63,618 bases of DNA from a virus (taxonomy: Duplodnaviria > Caudoviricetes). The notes under the pieces are model-generated. The model searched no databases. It was not told the origin of the DNA and saw only the letters and a list, made by a program, of their open reading frames with translations. Made by a program: the position numbers and the translations under genes. The stretch is taken from positions 1 to 63,618 of the IMG/VR virus record IMGVR_UViG_3300045116_000460, one strand, 5' to 3'. Position 1 is the first letter of the stretch, and each line of letters begins with the position of its first letter. Of this stretch, positions 47,237 to 57,181 are shown one piece after another.

Positions 47237-47718
47237 TACTTTCTCTCAACCATATTAGAAGGTAAGTTTAGTGTTTTGCCACATTGCAGACACACACCTT
47301 TATACACGTTTTTACCTCCAGCCCCACAACACCCCTTGATAAGGGTAACTTGACTACCACATCTCAAACATTTAGCAATTGCAGGAGTGGTCTCATTGTC
47401 TATCTTCCCAACTATTTTTTCAATATGAGTATTTTGACTATGTTGAACTGATTGGGCAAATTTAGCATCTTCGCCATGATCTTGATCTGGTTTTGTTTTA
47501 ATAATTTTCCTTGGAGCCCGCATCATAAAGCCAATAACCATTTGTTGCATAGACTCCAACCAACCACTTATTTCAGTTTTTAGTGTTGGTTCATTCATCC
47601 CAATCTTTGGGAAAAAATCAGGATCTTTTACTTCAATATTAATGTTGGTTAGTAAATTTTTTTCATCATCAATACAAAATACAATCCTTACTTCATTTCT
47701 GTCAAAATACTTTTCCAT
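47236..47718 (-). CDS. hypothetical protein with C-terminal CxxC-GCC-CxxC ribbon
   Basis: AGGAGG RBS; CLRC...KGCC...CLQC. Confidence 0.7.
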   Translation of the reverse strand: MEKYFDRNEVRIVFCIDDEKNLLTNINIEVKDPDFFPKIGMNEPTLKTEISGWLESMQQMVIGFMMRAPRKIIKTKPDQDHGEDAKFAQSVQHSQNTHIEKIVGKIDNETTPAIAKCLRCGSQVTLIKGCCGAGGKNVYKGVCLQCGKTLNLPSNMVERK

Positions 47719-47728
47719 TTATTCCTCC

Positions 47729-49840
47729 TTACATTGATGGGTCATACACAACTACATCATGGCCTTTTGGTTCAAAAAAACTACTTTCATATGATCTGCT
47801 CCATGATGGTGAACCACCATGGACGATTTCATTGCCGCCTACTTCTGTTAGTTTTGAAAATGCATAAAATCTAAATGAATAGTCAAATGTACCATCACGT
47901 ACAACTCTAATTATCCACCCGCCTCCACTTGGATGTATTAACATAGACCACATACGGTCATATCCAAGATCCTCATCATCATAGCCAAGATCTTCATCAG
48001 CAACCATTTCAGCAGTGATCGGGTCATAACAATTGGGATTTGTTTGACCTTCTTGGCATCTAACCTCATGTATTGTGTCGGTAAATGCAGTTGTATAACT
48101 TCTAAATAACGGTGCATTTAGAGTAGTTCTGCCCCATACAAGAGCCATTTCGGGCATAGCAAGAAGAAATGCATATCGTGGTGTTATATCCTGATTACTT
48201 GGGTAGGTCATGGAAAATCCTCTTGTTTTCAAATCACCACTTTCAGGGTCACTATCATCTTCGCAATTACCGCGTTGCCAAGAATGATATTTTCTATAAA
48301 AATATGATTCTTCACTCAATGGTATTACAACATCATATGATACACTCCAAGATGGATCACAAGAAGGGCATTCACCACCTAGGGGAGCAAGGCATATTCT
48401 GTCTTCTGAGGCTGCACCACCGGCTTTTTGAGACCAATATATCAATTCAAGATATGGTAATTCATCATGATAATCACCGAGTAAGTTATGAAGATAATCA
48501 CATGTAAAGGCAGTTGGATTAGCTCTAACAAGTTGTGCTTGGATTTGTTGCCCAACAACATTATAACAATTACCGACACCATATTGTGAAATTCCCCAAT
48601 CACCTTCGTAAATATGTTCAATTGGTGGTATCATTGCAGGATAATTATAGCCACTTAATGTATACGAAAGTCTAGATCTGGCCTTATAGCATCTATCTAC
48701 TTGAGTAACATCAAAATATTGCGTTTCATCATATTGATGAAATACACCACCTTCTTGAGTTACACCTGTATTCAAAAACGTAAGAGATACTGGGTGATCC
48801 CAGGTGTACGATCTCGTGCGATTGCTTCCTGGCATTACCATTGTATGGGCCGTTCTTCTACCTGTCGCAAAAATAATAGGTTCAGTTCCCTGTTCGCTAC
48901 TAAGCCATATCCTTTCCGGTGTAAACCCTTGAACACAATCCCCACAACATGTACCGCCACAACTACCTGTACTTTGACTAGAAAGATCGTCAATATAGGT
49001 ATACTCTCTTGGTGAAGGCAAATCAGCATAAACAGTATATGACCAATAATAATTAGTAGAGCAAGTAAAACAACCGTTTCTGGCCCCATCACTACCGCAC
49101 TGACAAAGCCAGCCTGGGCACCATGGATTATTCCTTAATTTATCGGCGTCGCTACAACCACCTTGGCATCCTGTTTGACCAACAATCCCCCAATAATCTT
49201 CTAGTTCTAATTCAAGCGTTACCGGATCTACCACATAAGTCAAAACTAAATGAGTGTATCTCATTTCGTCATCTTCTTCTGCATACGGAGATATTTGCCG
49301 GTCAACCAAAACTCCTATTCTATATACGTTATTTTCTGCAAACTTTACATCCAAAATACGTCCATATGTCGAAGGATAGTCATCGAGGTTCTGATATGCT
49401 ATAGATATATCATTTAGTATAATTCTGTAATTTCTAGGAGGGTCAATTGGTGTACCATCCGTCTCCCATTTGGATACTATAATTGGATCACCATTGATCC
49501 AAGCTTCTAGTGTGTATGCTCTTAAATCGGGTGACGGATAAGCAGTATATATCAATAAACCATGCATTAAACATCTTCGCGCACCATCTGGAAATCCAAT
49601 TACGCAGTGAGGTTCACCAAGATAATCATCCCATTCGATTTCAACTGTATCGCCAACCGAATAAGGGATGCTTGGATCATCAGGAACCCAACCACTCTGG
49701 CAATTATATCTCCAATCAACTCCATCCCAATCAACTCCATCTACATTGATATCAATACTATTCTCATTGATGGCGAGAATTGTAGCATGTTTAAATGACA
49801 TTCTTTCAACATAGTTAGAGAAAGCACTATACGTACCCAT
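47729..49840 (-). CDS. large Cys-rich tail-tip/receptor-binding candidate
   Basis: GGAGG RBS before ATG 49840; N-terminal OB-like motif; many Cys. Confidence 0.6.
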   Translation of the reverse strand: MGTYSAFSNYVERMSFKHATILAINENSIDINVDGVDWDGVDWRYNCQSGWVPDDPSIPYSVGDTVEIEWDDYLGEPHCVIGFPDGARRCLMHGLLIYTAYPSPDLRAYTLEAWINGDPIIVSKWETDGTPIDPPRNYRIILNDISIAYQNLDDYPSTYGRILDVKFAENNVYRIGVLVDRQISPYAEEDDEMRYTHLVLTYVVDPVTLELELEDYWGIVGQTGCQGGCSDADKLRNNPWCPGWLCQCGSDGARNGCFTCSTNYYWSYTVYADLPSPREYTYIDDLSSQSTGSCGGTCCGDCVQGFTPERIWLSSEQGTEPIIFATGRRTAHTMVMPGSNRTRSYTWDHPVSLTFLNTGVTQEGGVFHQYDETQYFDVTQVDRCYKARSRLSYTLSGYNYPAMIPPIEHIYEGDWGISQYGVGNCYNVVGQQIQAQLVRANPTAFTCDYLHNLLGDYHDELPYLELIYWSQKAGGAASEDRICLAPLGGECPSCDPSWSVSYDVVIPLSEESYFYRKYHSWQRGNCEDDSDPESGDLKTRGFSMTYPSNQDITPRYAFLLAMPEMALVWGRTTLNAPLFRSYTTAFTDTIHEVRCQEGQTNPNCYDPITAEMVADEDLGYDDEDLGYDRMWSMLIHPSGGGWIIRVVRDGTFDYSFRFYAFSKLTEVGGNEIVHGGSPSWSRSYESSFFEPKGHDVVVYDPSM

Positions 49841-50756
49841 AGAAACCCTCCAAAACTTCATACGCAGATATTATTAATGCGTCTTCATCTCGTTGGGTGT
49901 TGCCAGAATTAAATCTAACATATGCAGGACCACCAATTTGGTTTGGTCTATCGATTATAGGATCACCACCAGGATAACTTTTTTGATCTTTTAAAATCAT
50001 TACTGAATCACCAACGGACCATGGATAATAATCAACTGAAAGCATATTTAATTGAATAGTTAATGGGTAGTCGTCCACTATATTCGAATACAAACTCACT
50101 TGGTATCTAGGAGGAATTTCATTATAGACTTGAGTTATTACCCCACTTGTAAGAGCAGGCGTTTCGTATAGCGAATATCCAATAGGGACTGGCTGTGTCA
50201 CACCACCACATGATGTATTTCTAAAATATCCATCAACACGATACATCATGCCTGGGATAATTTTCCCTATATCCCAAAATTCTTCAGTTCCTGGCGGGTG
50301 CTTTCCTTCACCACCAATTCCACATCCACGGCAATAATCAGCATTTCTATCATCACCATCGGGGTAAAGAACAATATCAGGATCACTATTTTTAGTATGA
50401 ATATACTTCATTATTGTGTTCCAGCTTTCTCCCCAGACAGTCTTTGCTTTTAATTCTATTTTTTCAAGAATACATTTGTTTGGGTTATCCCATTTAACTA
50501 CTACACGGTCTTGGTCAAGACCAATCCATTGTATTGTTGTATCATAATTACAACCACAGGTTTCACCAATAGGGCATAATTTGACAACTGTTTTTTGCCC
50601 AGAAGTACAAATTGATCCAACTGGACAAATAGGGACCACAACAAATGTCATCCCTATTTCGTCAATTCTTTGTGATTTAATGCTTTGACCGCTGGTATAT
50701 TCTAGTGAATTATCAGATATTTCGTTCGGGCATATTTCTATAGTATATCGTGGCAT
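49827..50756 (-). CDS. tail-associated protein
   Basis: Cys-rich, C-terminal OB-like SVGDSV motif; operon context. Confidence 0.55.
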   Translation of the reverse strand: MPRYTIEICPNEISDNSLEYTSGQSIKSQRIDEIGMTFVVVPICPVGSICTSGQKTVVKLCPIGETCGCNYDTTIQWIGLDQDRVVVKWDNPNKCILEKIELKAKTVWGESWNTIMKYIHTKNSDPDIVLYPDGDDRNADYCRGCGIGGEGKHPPGTEEFWDIGKIIPGMMYRVDGYFRNTSCGGVTQPVPIGYSLYETPALTSGVITQVYNEIPPRYQVSLYSNIVDDYPLTIQLNMLSVDYYPWSVGDSVMILKDQKSYPGGDPIIDRPNQIGGPAYVRFNSGNTQRDEDALIISAYEVLEGFYGYV

Positions 50757-50766
50757 CTTACACCCT

Positions 50767-51714
50767 TTAATCGGCACTTACTTCAAAATTATCATTTGCC
50801 AACATATCGCCTGCCGTTGGTTGATATCCTTGTTTTACAACTGTAATTGCATGTGTTCCGGTCGATAACTTACCGGCATACCATTCACCATTTGATCCAG
50901 TTACTCCGCTTTTTGTTCCTCCATCAATTGAAACAGACGCACCTTGAATTACTTGCCCAGATATAGCATCTTGTACCACAATAGTCACATCATTTTCTCC
51001 AAGATCGCAATCATTTCTATATTGGATTACCAAATTGGCTTTTTGTATTGTTGGTGCTGCTTCATCTGCTTCATCTTCGCCCTCAAGGATTCTTGTTCCA
51101 CCAGATTCACTTGACGAAACTCTATTAGTATAATCTTGGCCAAGTTGGTCTAATTGCGAATCTGAAATACTACCGGGCCACCATCCACCAAGTTCAATTG
51201 CATATGCAATAACGTCAGCTTCTTGATTACATATGTGATAATATCTGTTAAAACGCGATTGGTAAGTTATTAAAATTACACCATATCCATCCTTATCTGG
51301 ATCTTCAGTAACAAAAACCCGGTTGCTGCCTTTGAGTAATTTGATTTTACCAAGCGATTTTCCAATCCATTCATATCTTATAACTGACCAAATCGGTTTA
51401 GAGGCAGATCCTGCAAAATTCGTAAGCGAAATATATTCAGTCACTTCTTCGCCTACATTTGGTGAATCCTGAAAAGAATTGCCAAGAGTTGCGCCTAGAC
51501 GATAAGGGCCACTAGCATACACTCTATAGTATGCTCTATCACCTGGTGCAAAGCAGGTTTTACTATTGTTATACTCATCATCAAATTCCATGCTTAATGA
51601 AAAAACAGTGCCGATTCTATCAAGATTGCAAGTCTCGACAAATTCAACGCTTAAGACTCCCTTGGCTCTATTTTCTTTTTGCGTTTGTACATCGGTTTCA
51701 ACAATTCGTGCCAT
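50767..51714 (-). CDS. tail protein with C-terminal carboxypeptidase-regulatory/PEGA-like Ig domain
   Basis: V.DAISGQVIQGASVSIDG...G.T...G...L..G.H.ITV.K.GY; N-terminal repeat domain. Confidence 0.7.
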   Translation of the reverse strand: MARIVETDVQTQKENRAKGVLSVEFVETCNLDRIGTVFSLSMEFDDEYNNSKTCFAPGDRAYYRVYASGPYRLGATLGNSFQDSPNVGEEVTEYISLTNFAGSASKPIWSVIRYEWIGKSLGKIKLLKGSNRVFVTEDPDKDGYGVILITYQSRFNRYYHICNQEADVIAYAIELGGWWPGSISDSQLDQLGQDYTNRVSSSESGGTRILEGEDEADEAAPTIQKANLVIQYRNDCDLGENDVTIVVQDAISGQVIQGASVSIDGGTKSGVTGSNGEWYAGKLSTGTHAITVVKQGYQPTAGDMLANDNFEVSAD

Positions 51715-51715
51715 C

Positions 51716-52906
51716 CTACACCTCTTCCTCTATTGGATTTCCATCTGCATCAAATTCACTTATAACATCCTCAACAGCATAAAGAAGACCAGTTCCTTCA
51801 ACACTTATGATTACCTCATATTTATCATATTCAGCTACGTAAGTAATTGAAAGAACGCCAAATCCAGATATACTACTCAAAAGGCCATTATAACCTCTTT
51901 CATGAGTAATGCTTCCTAAATTTGTGCCTATCCATGTAGTTGATGTAATTGATTTTATTGGTTTAGAAACACTTGATTTACCATTATTAAACACAATTTC
52001 TTCTGTTAACGCTTCCGTATAAGTACCTCTATGCGAATATGACCCAACAGTAGTATCGAATGTGTAATCCAGATCTAATGGCGATGAATAAACTTTAATA
52101 TTAAAAGGCTCTTTAACTGGCAAGCAATCGTAATCTTCATATAATTCGATCATGAGAGATTTATTTGGTTCGTTTGTTCCAGAACCATAACCAGTCACTT
52201 CAACCTTATTGTATCCTATTGGATTTTCAATTTGCTCATCAATTTGTACTATTTCATCAAGTTCAGTAAAAAGTTGAACTGCGGTAGCATTTGCCGAAAT
52301 TACATAATTTTTATAATCCGCGATAAGATTACCATCAGGTTTACTCCTTAATCTACCACCAGGAACTTGGACAAGTTTGTTAATTATTTGAATCGGTGTC
52401 ATGTTTAAAACTGTAAAGTTATCGGAATAAACTGGAAAATCATCAATAGTAAAATCGCATGTTACACCAGATCCAGATAGAACTGATGAAATAATTTGGC
52501 TTGCCATGAGATTGCCAGATTGCCATAAATTATCTGCATCTTGCTGGTCTACTATAGGCTCAGAGTATGGAGTATCAAGGGTAGCAGCTTTTGATCTGCC
52601 CCACACTGAAAATGATCTGCCTTCACTTTTCATACTAGTGGTACGTCTTTCAAGCAAAAACTTATACTCTACATCATTAATAATAATGGTAATTCTTTCT
52701 TGCCCCCAATTAGTATCTGGATTACATAAAGTTGAAAAAAGATTAATCGCAGTAGCAGAATCAAGTTCAGATGTAAAATTAATAGTTACGGTATTGACAT
52801 AATCGTCCTCAGAAAAAGATAAATCAACACTTTCTATGTATTGATGAACTTTTTCATCATCAATCAAAATAGACACAGTGTAAGTTATCTCGTTATAGTA
52901 GGACAT
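51716..52906 (-). CDS. baseplate hub/Tal-like tail protein
   Basis: VWGRSK.A.LD.PY, TPIQII.KL...GGRL...PDG.L, YNKVEV. Confidence 0.65.
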   Translation of the reverse strand: MSYYNEITYTVSILIDDEKVHQYIESVDLSFSEDDYVNTVTINFTSELDSATAINLFSTLCNPDTNWGQERITIIINDVEYKFLLERRTTSMKSEGRSFSVWGRSKAATLDTPYSEPIVDQQDADNLWQSGNLMASQIISSVLSGSGVTCDFTIDDFPVYSDNFTVLNMTPIQIINKLVQVPGGRLRSKPDGNLIADYKNYVISANATAVQLFTELDEIVQIDEQIENPIGYNKVEVTGYGSGTNEPNKSLMIELYEDYDCLPVKEPFNIKVYSSPLDLDYTFDTTVGSYSHRGTYTEALTEEIVFNNGKSSVSKPIKSITSTTWIGTNLGSITHERGYNGLLSSISGFGVLSITYVAEYDKYEVIISVEGTGLLYAVEDVISEFDADGNPIEEEV

Positions 52907-53463
52907 TATGTACAATCTCCACTTAAATCTTCGTAAGCAGTTATGACTACGGTTTCAGCAGCAGGCACATTTATAACATAAGATTTAAAAAGTGAAAGAT
53001 ATGTAATTTTAAGAACTCCATTAACAACCTCGCATGAATCACCGCACTCAGGGCTTCCAGAACATACATTGCATTTGAAAAATTTATATCCACTTGTATC
53101 AAATTGAAGCTGAGAAATAGGGCAAGGGGCTCTACCAATCCATTCATAACTCTCAAGAGTGTGGATTGGTTTAGAAGAACTTCCTTCTCCATCCGATATG
53201 GTGACATATTCAGTATATCTCACAAACCCATCATCAGCCTGATTACTCTCAATTGTTCCATAACTTATATCAACAGAAAAATCAAGAGAATATGGTGACG
53301 GAAAAAGCATTATATAAACAGGAGTATTTGGTGTAAAACAAGTATTTCCCCCATTCAAATCATCATCCAATTCCAATTGAATTGAATGTGCTCTTGCAGT
53401 ATCAGTAACACAACTTGCCACAATTTCTACTGTTAAAGTTGCACTTGCTCTTGAATCTGCCAT
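52906..53463 (-). CDS. tail protein (paralog of domains in the two downstream genes)
   Basis: ELDD..N..TCF, TEY.....G..SKPI......WIG, GVL.ITY. Confidence 0.65.
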   Translation of the reverse strand: MADSRASATLTVEIVASCVTDTARAHSIQLELDDDLNGGNTCFTPNTPVYIMLFPSPYSLDFSVDISYGTIESNQADDGFVRYTEYVTISDGEGSSSKPIHTLESYEWIGRAPCPISQLQFDTSGYKFFKCNVCSGSPECGDSCEVVNGVLKITYLSLFKSYVINVPAAETVVITAYEDLSGDCT

Positions 53464-53474
53464 AGTTTTATCTC

Positions 53475-55202
53475 TTATTCAAACGTTATCTTGTATATCC
53501 TCGGTTTACCTTGGAGAACCCAACGCAATTTTTTATCAGCATCAATTTGATTAAATTCACGAATATTAAATCTAATCACTTGGTCAGATGCAACGTTTGC
53601 CAACATATGATGCGATAAAATTATATCGTTATCGATTTGTTGTCGTAATGGGATTAAAATAACATGATCAGTTTCAACCTTAATGTGGTATTTCAAGGCC
53701 ACATCTTGCCATACTCTACTATCAATTATCCATCTGAATACGTGATCGTTAGTGACCATCGTATTCATCCCCCATTTCAGAATATTATCTGAAGCCATAA
53801 AAATCCCATACTTCAGAATCCAATCTTGTGAAATGAGGGGGCGCAACACCCACGGAATAATCCAATCTTGTTCTACAAGAATGCCCCAACGGAAAATAAT
53901 ATCTTTTTGGGCTTCATGCAAAATATTCCACCTCAGTATAGTGTCACTACCGACATCCAAACTGAGATTCCATTTTAATTCCCATAACCATTCTTCTTGG
54001 ATGTTCCAAGGCAAGATAAAATCTTTCCCTAGATCCATTATCAAAAGCCATTTAATAATCGTATCACTATTTACTTGTGTTATAGGAGGATTCAAATTCC
54101 ATGGGAGGATTATATCTCGCCCAATCCTTACTTGTTGGGCTCCAAGAACAAACATATTTGTCCATACTTCATTTGCACCAGTAGATGTAAGGACACCAGC
54201 GCTAGATACTCTGTAGTTAGTATAACCATCACCTTTCGGATCAGTATTATCCTGGCCAATTCGCCAACCACCACCATCACCGGCATTAAGCGGTAAAAAT
54301 ACTATCCAGTATTCTGTATTTGGTTGTAATAAAGGTCTATTGTTGATATCCCATGTCCAAAATTGAGTCTCGGTAGTTTGGTATGAGGTGTTCATCAGAT
54401 CGCGGCCAACACCATTTGATCTTTGGCCAATTCTAGTGGTACTTGATTCTGCAAGATCAAGCGTCGCAGCAGAACCAATATGAAACTCACAATAAATATT
54501 ACAATCACCACTGTTACAACCATATGGTGAAGTATAACCACCAGAACCGAGCGCAGCCAAACTTATTGCATATGAGTTTCCACTAGCGTTTGTAGGGGTC
54601 TTAAATTTAGCCGTAATACCCCATTCGGTAGTGTCTTCTGCAAAATTATAAAGAGCGTCATATTCATAACTATAATTTACCAATTCTTCAAGACTATTAC
54701 TTTCAGCCTTTATATTGACGTAATAAATTCTTCCCGAACCAGAAGTTTCCCATCCACTTACTTCATTATACTTCAACGCTTGATCTGTCAATACCTGACT
54801 TGCAGCAGATGCATATGCAATGCGCCAACTATTGCTGTTATTAAGGGTACCAGTACGTTCAAAAACAACCCAATAAATAGTATCTTTTTGAAGAACGTAA
54901 GAACCATCAAACGTCCAAGTAGAGAGCGCATATGAATCTGGATCTATTGTGTCTGAAGTTGCTAATAAAGTTCCTGGTTCTAAATTAGTTGAATCATGCG
55001 AATAAAGTTTACAAACCACGCCATCCGTAGGCGTGCCAATTCTATCTAATCTTGATTCGACGCCAACTAAAACGGTTCCAGCAACCACGACTTCAAATGC
55101 AGCAGCAGCTTTTGAATATGTAGTTTGGCCAACAGCGTCATATGTTGTGTAAGAATCTGATACTGCATTATTCACTTGGTACAAAGTAACTTCATTGGCC
55201 AT
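53475..55202 (-). CDS. virion protein: two beta-sandwich domains plus Trp-repeat C-terminus
   Basis: LQKDTIYWVVF and LQPNTEYWIVF; about 16 D..L.W.I repeats. Confidence 0.65.
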   Translation of the reverse strand: MANEVTLYQVNNAVSDSYTTYDAVGQTTYSKAAAAFEVVVAGTVLVGVESRLDRIGTPTDGVVCKLYSHDSTNLEPGTLLATSDTIDPDSYALSTWTFDGSYVLQKDTIYWVVFERTGTLNNSNSWRIAYASAASQVLTDQALKYNEVSGWETSGSGRIYYVNIKAESNSLEELVNYSYEYDALYNFAEDTTEWGITAKFKTPTNASGNSYAISLAALGSGGYTSPYGCNSGDCNIYCEFHIGSAATLDLAESSTTRIGQRSNGVGRDLMNTSYQTTETQFWTWDINNRPLLQPNTEYWIVFLPLNAGDGGGWRIGQDNTDPKGDGYTNYRVSSAGVLTSTGANEVWTNMFVLGAQQVRIGRDIILPWNLNPPITQVNSDTIIKWLLIMDLGKDFILPWNIQEEWLWELKWNLSLDVGSDTILRWNILHEAQKDIIFRWGILVEQDWIIPWVLRPLISQDWILKYGIFMASDNILKWGMNTMVTNDHVFRWIIDSRVWQDVALKYHIKVETDHVILIPLRQQIDNDIILSHHMLANVASDQVIRFNIREFNQIDADKKLRWVLQGKPRIYKITFE

Positions 55203-55213
55203 TTTTATACTCC

Positions 55214-55250
55214 AAAAAAAGTATTTTAGGGGGCGGTAAGCCCCCTAAAA
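55214..55250 (-). terminator. intrinsic terminator
   Basis: TTTTAGGGGGC-N5-GCCCCCTAAAA stem followed by T7 on the minus strand. Confidence 0.8.
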
Positions 55251-56237
55251 TTAGGCGCTTTCGCCACTTTGACGCAGAGTAGGATTATTATTACTATAAC
55301 TTGCAGTTGACGCAGGTACAGTTTCTTTTACCCAAATCGCATGAGCAGCATGATGGGTATCAAACGTAACAGTCTCGCTACTTGACCAACTTCCCCCCCA
55401 TGCGCTTGCATCAATAGCAAAGTATGTACCACCAGATGCATTTGATGGAGAAAATGGATCATCAGTTACCTGGCCACTTCCAACAGACCCTGTATTGGCA
55501 CCGGCGCATGTGAACTGGGTAGCATTCGTAAACGTAATAGTCCAACTGTCTTCAACCGTACCGATATTGGCAACTGTAAGGTAAGTATTATCAAACGTTC
55601 CAGACGATGATGTTACAACGATATTATCAACAGAAGAAGTGGTATCGCCAAAATCAACAACGCCAGCGACAACCGTTCCTGCATTACCATAGGTATCATA
55701 TGAATACTGTAACCCACTTTGCAAGGTAAGAGTAGCAGTATTGCTTGCCCAACTTACTGCGGTAACGTTAATGAATTCTTCATTAGTACCATCAGAAATC
55801 CAGCATAGTTGAGTGTTTGTTGCATCTGGCGTTCCAACACCGCTATTCGTCTCAAATAAAACTTCTATACTTGTCGAATCAGCAGATTCAGCAGTATTTA
55901 AACGGCCACACCCTAACCAATTTGTATAATCATCAGCTTGAGCTTGAGTATCCGTATTTGTTCCTGCTTTAACTTGGACATAATCACCGGCAGGGCTCTG
56001 AGTTTTCATCCAAGAACGATGATTATATAAGGTCTCATCACCAGAATCATGCAACTTACAATAAGCCTTTCGATACCGCGTAACACCAGCAGTCCGCTCA
56101 GCTTGTGTAACATTAGGGAAAAGGTTGTTAAGTACATTGGTTACAACCTCTGTAGTGCTCATTCGCCCACCATTTGTGGTGATGTTATTTACAACTGCAC
56201 TACGATAAAGTTTTATTTCACTTGCAGAAATACTCAT
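55251..56237 (-). CDS. Ser/Thr-rich tail structural protein
   Basis: GGAGG RBS; NGGRMS...NNLFP.V...ER.AG..RYRK motif seen in siphovirus tail proteins. Confidence 0.7.
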   Translation of the reverse strand: MSISASEIKLYRSAVVNNITTNGGRMSTTEVVTNVLNNLFPNVTQAERTAGVTRYRKAYCKLHDSGDETLYNHRSWMKTQSPAGDYVQVKAGTNTDTQAQADDYTNWLGCGRLNTAESADSTSIEVLFETNSGVGTPDATNTQLCWISDGTNEEFINVTAVSWASNTATLTLQSGLQYSYDTYGNAGTVVAGVVDFGDTTSSVDNIVVTSSSGTFDNTYLTVANIGTVEDSWTITFTNATQFTCAGANTGSVGSGQVTDDPFSPSNASGGTYFAIDASAWGGSWSSSETVTFDTHHAAHAIWVKETVPASTASYSNNNPTLRQSGESA

Positions 56238-56239
56238 TT

Positions 56240-56593
56240 TTATTCCTCCACGGACCCCATTATAATTGACCATCTATACAACTTATATTCATTGACAATA
56301 TCGAAGATCAGATGGTAGAAATTCGACAGTCTATGAATAAAAAGCATAACAATAAAATAATATGGTAAAGACTGCCACACAAAAAATTTTACACCAAAAT
56401 ACGTCATCGTTATAAAAAGCGATATCCATACGCTGAGGCAATATTTACAAGAAAAAAGATCATTAAAAAATTTGCTTTTTGCCTTTACCCACTCTCTGAT
56501 TCCTCCAAAAATATCAGAATCGCCAATTAACTGAGTGGTAGCTTCAACTACTACTGGTAGAATCAATAAAATAAAAATAAATTCATTTCCCAT
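56240..56593 (-). CDS. DUF1360-like membrane protein
   Basis: Hydrophobic segments with LFSCKYCLSVW. Confidence 0.7.
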   Translation of the reverse strand: MGNEFIFILLILPVVVEATTQLIGDSDIFGGIREWVKAKSKFFNDLFSCKYCLSVWISLFITMTYFGVKFFVWQSLPYYFIVMLFIHRLSNFYHLIFDIVNEYKLYRWSIIMGSVEE

Positions 56594-56602
56594 TTCTATC
56601 TC

Positions 56603-56749
56603 CTACTGTTTAATAAATATACGACCACATGTTGAACATTTCCATCTATTAATATTATTTTTTTGTTTTTTCTTGCAACATCCAGCTTTAACTAATCTAG
56701 TTTTTTTGCAAAAGGCACAATATTCAGACTTGGTATCGTATGTTTTCAT
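56603..56749 (-). CDS. small CxxC-GCC-CxxC protein (not in ORF track)
   Basis: MKTYDTKSEYCAFCKKTRLVKAGCCKKKQKNNINRWKCSTCGRIFIKQ, 48 aa, fills the gap exactly. Confidence 0.7.
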   Translation of the reverse strand: MKTYDTKSEYCAFCKKTRLVKAGCCKKKQKNNINRWKCSTCGRIFIKQ

Positions 56750-57160
56750 CTATATTTCTTCAAGTTCGATACTATAAGATATAGAATTTGCTTCATAAGT
56801 TTCACCATAATCCACAATAGCCATGGTATATTCTGGAACGTATAAGTAAACAGTTTCTCCATTAATTGTTTCAGTTGAAATATCCTCATGGACAGTTCTT
56901 GTCTGCTCGCCTCTTTCGGTGATCGGTATATAGTCAATTACTGTAAGATTGTATCTAGCAGCAACATATTTTTTAATTGTTTCAATATCACTCTGAGCTA
57001 ATCCGCTGATACTCACTACTGCCTTATTACCAGTTTCTTGGGCAATCATCCCTTTGCCTATTGTCCTGGTGAACGTCGGTCCAATCCATTTCTTGCGTAT
57101 TTGCTCTGGATTAACAGCAAAATTGTAGCCGCCAATGCTTATATTTGCTTCATACGACAT
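56750..57160 (-). CDS. distal-tail-like protein
   Basis: GGAG RBS; F.VNP.QI motif; downstream of tape measure. Confidence 0.5.
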   Translation of the reverse strand: MSYEANISIGGYNFAVNPEQIRKKWIGPTFTRTIGKGMIAQETGNKAVVSISGLAQSDIETIKKYVAARYNLTVIDYIPITERGEQTRTVHEDISTETINGETVYLYVPEYTMAIVDYGETYEANSISYSIELEEI

Positions 57161-57181
57161 GGTTATTCTCCATATATAAAT

